Assembly: GCA_964553045.1 (NCBI GenBank)
Contig: CAZKJG010000011.1
Span: 4,644-68,643, forward strand
DNA length: 64,000 nucleotides
Reading direction: 5' to 3'
From: an uncultured bacterium
GTDB taxonomy: Bacteria > Fermentibacterota > Fermentibacteria > Fermentibacterales > JCC-6
Positions within the stretch are counted from its first letter, which is position 1; each line of letters starts with the position of its first letter. A program made the position numbers and the translations under genes. Below the pieces are notes generated by a model. It ran no database searches. It was not told the DNA's origin and saw only the letters and a program-made list of their open reading frames with translations. Positions 59,743-64,000 of this stretch are shown here, piece after piece.

Positions 59743-60300
59743 TCAGGGAGCCAGGAGCCTCGATATCTCGCCGGTATCGAGCTCTGAGAGTGTCGGGTTG
59801 GCTCCGTCCCTCTCGGAGACCACGGGATTCTCGATGCCCCACTCGATCCCCAGAGCGGGGTCGTTCCAGGCAAGGCCGTGCTCGTCCTCGCCCGTGAAGT
59901 ACCTGCTGACAAGGTAGATGAGCGAAGAGGCCTCGCGGGTTGCGTAGCCGTGGGCCACCCCCGGAGGTATCCACAGCGCCTCTGGACGCTCCGCTTCCAG
60001 CTCGATGGTCTGCACCCTGCCCATCGTGGGCTTGAAGGGTCTGACGTCCACCAGTACGGCCGTTATCCTCCCCGCGGCCAGGAACCAGTAGTCGGTCTGG
60101 AGAAGGTGGTAGTGCAGGCCCCTTACGACCCCCGGCCGTGAGTGTGAGCAGTTCATCTGCAGGTCGTCGGAGAACTCGCTGCCGGCCCATGAGCGTCGAA
60201 AGGCCTCGGTGAACGTCCCCCTTCGGTCGGTGTGCCGGGCCAGTGGGTACACGAACGTGTCCTCAATGGAAGTGCTGCGCTTCTTTGGCTCCAAGGCCAC
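59743..60300 (-). CDS. rfbC: dTDP-4-dehydrorhamnose 3,5-epimerase
   Basis: Cupin core VVRGLHYH...ALWIPPGVAHGY...AWNDPALGIEW. Confidence 0.8.
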   Translation of the reverse strand: MALEPKKRSTSIEDTFVYPLARHTDRRGTFTEAFRRSWAGSEFSDDLQMNCSHSRPGVVRGLHYHLLQTDYWFLAAGRITAVLVDVRPFKPTMGRVQTIELEAERPEALWIPPGVAHGYATREASSLIYLVSRYFTGEDEHGLAWNDPALGIEWGIENPVVSERDGANPTLSELDTGEISRLLAP

Positions 60301-60385
60301 CTCCGGCTATCTTCGAGAAGCCCTGCTGATTCCAAGCCAACTAGTATGCCGGACCCGCATTCTGTCAACAGCCAGGGAGGTATCC

Positions 60386-61021
60386 GTGAGAAGAGATGGG
60401 AGAGTCGAGGCGCTCCTGGAGAGGCTGCCGGCCCTCTACCCCGACGCCGGGTGCCTTCTGGAATACGGCGGCAGGCCGGAACGTCTTCTCGTGGCCACCA
60501 TACTCTCGGCGCAGACCACCGACGCCGCGGTAAACCGGGTTACGCCCGAAATCTGGCGACGATGGCCGGACCTGCGAGACCTTGCCGAAGCCGACAGCTC
60601 CGAGGTCGAAGAGGTGATCCACTCGCTTGGCTTCTTCCGCAGCAAGGCCGAATCCATACGGAAGGCGGCCGCCACTGTCCTCCGGCGTCATCAGGGTCGG
60701 GTTCCGGACCGGATGGAGGCCCTGCTTGGGCTTCCGGGGGTCGGTCGAAAGACGGCCAACGTGGTTCTCGGCGAAGCTTTCGGCAGACCCGCCATGATAG
60801 TGGACACCCATGTGAAGAGGCTGTCCGGAAGGCTGGATCTGACCAGGCATGACAGGCCGGACAGGATCGAGTCCGTCCTGTCCGGACTGATCCCCGAGTC
60901 GAGGCAGACCGCATTCAGCCACCAGCTGGGCTTTCACGGAAGGAGGGTGTGCACCTCCCGGTCGCCCGGGTGCCGAAGCTGCCCTCTGCTGGACATCTGC
61001 CCCAGGCGGGGAGTGCGCTGA
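60386..61021 (+). CDS. nth: endonuclease III (HhH-GPD DNA glycosylase with 4Fe-4S cluster)
   Basis: GTG start 5 nt after SD GGGAGG. LVATILSAQTTD. HhH LPGVGRKTANVV. C-x6-C-x2-C-x5-C at the C-terminus. Confidence 0.8.
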   Translation: MRRDGRVEALLERLPALYPDAGCLLEYGGRPERLLVATILSAQTTDAAVNRVTPEIWRRWPDLRDLAEADSSEVEEVIHSLGFFRSKAESIRKAAATVLRRHQGRVPDRMEALLGLPGVGRKTANVVLGEAFGRPAMIVDTHVKRLSGRLDLTRHDRPDRIESVLSGLIPESRQTAFSHQLGFHGRRVCTSRSPGCRSCPLLDICPRRGVR

Positions 61022-61082
61022 GCAGGCCGGGGCCTAGAAAAAAGGGCCCCGGAGGGCCCTTTCCACAACCTGTGCCTGTGCT

Positions 61083-61697
61083 CTAGTCCAGGTCTCCCAG
61101 ATCAACGGCCCAGTGGTAGCCGTCGGAGCGGACATCGACACCCATCCTGGTGTAGGTGTCTCCGTCCTCGTCCTCGAGCTGGATGTCGTAGGTGCCCGGG
61201 TTTACGTAGAATGTGAAGCTGTCGCCGGGTACGATCACCTCTGAGCCCAGCCGGTCGTCACCCCAGCTGGAGGCCGACGAGCTGCTGCAGTAGACGTAGT
61301 AGACGGTGTAGTTGCCGAGGTCGTTGTAGATGGTCACCGGAGCACCCGAGTTCATGCTCGAGCCGCCGCCAACGGTGGCCTCACCCATATCGTCGAGGGT
61401 GACGTTCCAGTAGTAGGTGCCGTTCACGGGCACGCCCCAGCGGATGTACTCGTCGCCGTCCTCGTCCACCAGCTTCATGTCGTAGGTGCCATCTGGCAGG
61501 TTGAAGCGCTTGGTGGACCCCGAGGATATCACCTCGGTGTCACCCAGCCAGTCTCCGCCCCATTCGCTGTCGGTCTCGGCGGAGATGTAGACGTACCAGA
61601 TGTCCCAGCCGCCGGTGTCGTTGGCGATCACGACCTCCCCGGCAAACATGGGTGCAGCCAGCGCCAGCATCAGGGTCAGGGCAAGAAAGTTCCTCAT
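61083..61697 (-). CDS. secreted protein composed of two tandem ~95-aa repeats (PPC/pre-peptidase-C-terminal-like beta-sandwich?)
   Basis: Signal peptide MRNFLALTLMLALAAPMFA. The two halves align (...GTYDMKLVDEDGDEYIRWGV... / ...GTYDIQLEDEDGDTYTRMGV...). Confidence 0.45.
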   Translation of the reverse strand: MRNFLALTLMLALAAPMFAGEVVIANDTGGWDIWYVYISAETDSEWGGDWLGDTEVISSGSTKRFNLPDGTYDMKLVDEDGDEYIRWGVPVNGTYYWNVTLDDMGEATVGGGSSMNSGAPVTIYNDLGNYTVYYVYCSSSSASSWGDDRLGSEVIVPGDSFTFYVNPGTYDIQLEDEDGDTYTRMGVDVRSDGYHWAVDLGDLD

Positions 61698-61862
61698 GAA
61701 TCCTCCTTCCGTCTTGCCAACCTCTGCATTACACTACTTTCAGCAGATAGCGAGTCAATAGCCTTCGGGGCCATGACACGAGTATTGCTACCGGCGGGAA
61801 CGTTTTCTATTCCCCCGGTTATTGCCAGTGTCAAACGACGGCGGGTACGGGAAGGGACGAAA

Positions 61863-64000
61863 ATGGGCGCTATCCTCATGCTGACATGCATCTTGACGGT
61901 AAGCGCATCCCCCTGGACGGTCCACGAACTGGACCTTTCGGGAATGCGGACAACGCTGACACGCGCCGAGGCCGGCTGGATTCCGTCGGCCGAATCCAGT
62001 GTCAGGGGCTGGCGAGCGGGACTTCCGGACTTGCCGCTGATCTACCGCGAACTGGAGATTCCCGCCGGGACCCGGGCCACGGAGGTGAGGGTCCGCGAGG
62101 CCCGATGGCGGACGGTATCCGCCGATGTCCGCGTTCCGCCGCTGCCCTCCCCCACCCCCCTGGAGATGCTTCCGGAGGCCGGCTCGCCCCCGGCCGACCC
62201 CGGCATCTACTCCTCCGAAACCTACTACCCGACTAAGCCGGCGGTTCTTTCGGGCACCCGTCAGCGGCCCCGGGGCGCCCGGGCGGTGGTGCTGGTGCAT
62301 CCCTTTCGCTGGCGGCCGTCCGACGGAAGACTTCAAAGGCTCGAACACCTGAGCCTGGAGGTGGCAACCGAGCCCGTGGCGGAGTCGGGACGGGGGTGGG
62401 CCACCGGTACGATGGACTCGGCCGGCGGTGGAATGCTGATAGTAACCGACGCCGCGCTGGAGGCCACCTTCGAGGAGCTGGCGCAGCGCAGGACCGCGCA
62501 GGGTATTCCGACAGATATCGTTCCGGTGGACGAGGCCGTGGGCGGCATGCCGGGAAGGGACGACGCCGAGAAGCTCAGGAACTACGTTACAGACTACCAT
62601 GCCGAGTACGGCATAGAGTACCTGCTCCTGGGCGGGGACACCAACCTGGTGCCCTTCCGAAAGGCCTACGCGATGACATGCCAGGCCAATATCCATCCCC
62701 GTGAGGACTCACTGCCGTGCGACCTCTACTTCGCCGACCTCGACGGCGACTGGGACGCCAACGGCAACGGCGTTTTCGGCGAGGTGGATGACGACGTCGA
62801 CCTCTACCCCGACCTGCACGTGGGACGGGCGCCCGTGGAGAACCTGGAGGAGGCCGAAGCATTCGTGGGCAAGATAGCGGCCTACGAGGACCTGCTGCAG
62901 AGCGACTACTTCCAGAGGGCGCTGTTCCTGGCGGCCATACTCTGGACCAACCCGTACACGGACAGCGCGGAGAGCAAGGACCTCATAGACGATGAGCACG
63001 TCCCAGGCTGGTTCGAGATAACCAAGCTCTACGAATCGCTGGGTAACGAGAATCTCGCCAACACCATGCAGGCCCTGAACGACGGCACCAACATGGTCAA
63101 TCACGACGGCCACGCCTGGTACTCGTCAATTGGCGTGGGGGACGACTACATGACCGCCGAGCACTTCGACGCCATAGACTCCGACGGCAGGTACGCGGCA
63201 TTCATGTACTCCATCGGATGCTGGAGCGCCGCCTTCGACTTCGACGCCGTGGCGGAGCACTTCGTAACCAATCCGTACGGATGCGGAGTGGCCTGGATCG
63301 GCAACTCCAGCTACGGATGGGGCTCCCCGGGCAACCCCACCTTCGGATACTCCGACATACTCGACCAGCGCTTCTTCGGTTTTCTCTTCGACCATCCCGG
63401 GGCCACGCTGGGCCAGCTGGTATCCATGACCAAGGAGACCTACATACCGTTCGGGCAGTGGGAGAACGTCTACCGCTGGCACATCTACGACGTAAACCTC
63501 CTGGGCGACCCCTCCTTCCGTCCCTACAGACAGTACCCGGAGGCACCCTCACTGGACTGTCCGGAAATGGTCTCGGCAAATACCCGGGCCTTCCCCGTCC
63601 AGGTATCGGACGTGGAGACCGACGGCCTCGCCCTATGCGTCAGTGACCAGGGCTCCGAGAACCATGTGGAGGAGCTGGACGCCTCGGGCTACGCGACGGT
63701 CCTTTTCGGCGGGGCACCGGCGCCCCCTGTGAACGTAACGGTCACCGGCCCCGGCGTACGTCGCACCTCTGTGCAGGTGCCGGGGGAAGAGGGTCCCTCC
63801 CCGGCAATCTCCAGCATTCAGATAACCGGACCGGGAGGCGAGGACTACCTGGCTCCGGGGAACGCGTCCCACGTCGACCTGATCCTCCGCAACCAGGGTA
63901 CGCAGACGCTGGACGGCCTGGACCTGGTCCTCGATTCCTGCAGCGGCCCCGCCACCGTACTGGAGGACTCGATGTACTTCCCACCCCTGGCGCCAGGCGA
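61863..64000 (+). CDS. peptidase C25 (gingipain-like) family protein, 3'-truncated by window end
   Basis: Continuous frame-0 ORF from ATG 61863 (alternative ATG 61773) to the window end. Signal peptide, propeptide-like region, C25 blocks (YLLLGGDTNLVPFR; HDGHAWYSS; YSIGCWSAAFD). Confidence 0.65.
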   Translation, partial: MGAILMLTCILTVSASPWTVHELDLSGMRTTLTRAEAGWIPSAESSVRGWRAGLPDLPLIYRELEIPAGTRATEVRVREARWRTVSADVRVPPLPSPTPLEMLPEAGSPPADPGIYSSETYYPTKPAVLSGTRQRPRGARAVVLVHPFRWRPSDGRLQRLEHLSLEVATEPVAESGRGWATGTMDSAGGGMLIVTDAALEATFEELAQRRTAQGIPTDIVPVDEAVGGMPGRDDAEKLRNYVTDYHAEYGIEYLLLGGDTNLVPFRKAYAMTCQANIHPREDSLPCDLYFADLDGDWDANGNGVFGEVDDDVDLYPDLHVGRAPVENLEEAEAFVGKIAAYEDLLQSDYFQRALFLAAILWTNPYTDSAESKDLIDDEHVPGWFEITKLYESLGNENLANTMQALNDGTNMVNHDGHAWYSSIGVGDDYMTAEHFDAIDSDGRYAAFMYSIGCWSAAFDFDAVAEHFVTNPYGCGVAWIGNSSYGWGSPGNPTFGYSDILDQRFFGFLFDHPGATLGQLVSMTKETYIPFGQWENVYRWHIYDVNLLGDPSFRPYRQYPEAPSLDCPEMVSANTRAFPVQVSDVETDGLALCVSDQGSENHVEELDASGYATVLFGGAPAPPVNVTVTGPGVRRTSVQVPGEEGPSPAISSIQITGPGGEDYLAPGNASHVDLILRNQGTQTLDGLDLVLDSCSGPATVLEDSMYFPPLAPG

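Noticed and set aside
59187-59912. Several ORFs (59187-59912, 59422-59727, 59438-59653 minus; 59432-59713 plus) spanning tRNA-Leu and the 80-nt repeats
   Set aside because: They are built from the tandem repeat and tRNA sequence. Their repeated peptide segments mirror the nucleotide repeat. No start context.

Overview
This 64 kb window is a high-GC (~65-70%) bacterial chromosomal segment with very compact, often overlapping gene spacing (ATGA/TGATG junctions). Several features point to the FCB superphylum (Bacteroidota/Gemmatimonadota-like): a T9SS-type C-terminal sorting domain, a SusC-like TonB receptor, a Bat/MoxR operon and a gingipain-like C25 peptidase.

Minus-strand block, 20783 down to 1813 (nineteen co-directional genes):
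- M14 carboxypeptidase with T9SS C-terminal domain, rpmA, hutI.
- A TPR protein carrying an MshEN c-di-GMP-binding domain, a PDZ-radical SAM protein, and a degenerate histidine-kinase-like membrane protein.
- Phosphomannomutase/phosphoglucomutase, then a complete MoxR–DUF58–DUF4381–BatA–BatB–BatC–BatD aerotolerance-type operon.
- A small membrane protein and a multi-PAS hybrid sensor kinase.

Other recognisable content:
- tRNA-Pro(TGG) and tRNA-Leu(CAG), each with a recognisable sigma70-like promoter.
- A PHP-phosphoesterase::GT4 glycosyltransferase fusion.
- A lipoprotein/TonB-receptor pair.
- A FAD oxidoreductase paired with an MprF-flippase-domain membrane protein.
- Two ABC-2 transporters, one followed by a His-rich lipoprotein.
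- An M18 aminopeptidase.
- A 1407-aa BadF/BcrA-type activase::2-hydroxyacyl-CoA-dehydratase-like fusion.
- Two tandem paralogous AlkP-superfamily type I phosphodiesterases plus a membrane protein.
- sat (ATP sulfurylase) co-transcribed with a truncated APS-kinase-like protein whose P-loop is degenerate.
- A GNAT / PAS-GGDEF / cNMP-binding / CpxP-like signalling patch.
- Housekeeping genes: tex, fusA, rdgB, rph, murI, an amidase, smpB, rmlC, nth.
- A secreted protein with an internal duplication, divergent from a C25 peptidase that runs off the 3' end of the window.

No CRISPR array, transposase or integrase was found.

The least-explained signals are:
- The sat / pseudo-APS-kinase / RHH locus. 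It has a shared C-terminal tail motif on two unrelated proteins and a 90-bp AT-rich palindrome.
- The 80-nt tandem structured repeats after tRNA-Leu.
- The tandem phosphodiesterases, one with a Tat motif encoded upstream of any canonical start.
- The c-di-GMP receptor / pseudo-kinase / radical-SAM trio upstream of the MoxR/Bat operon.
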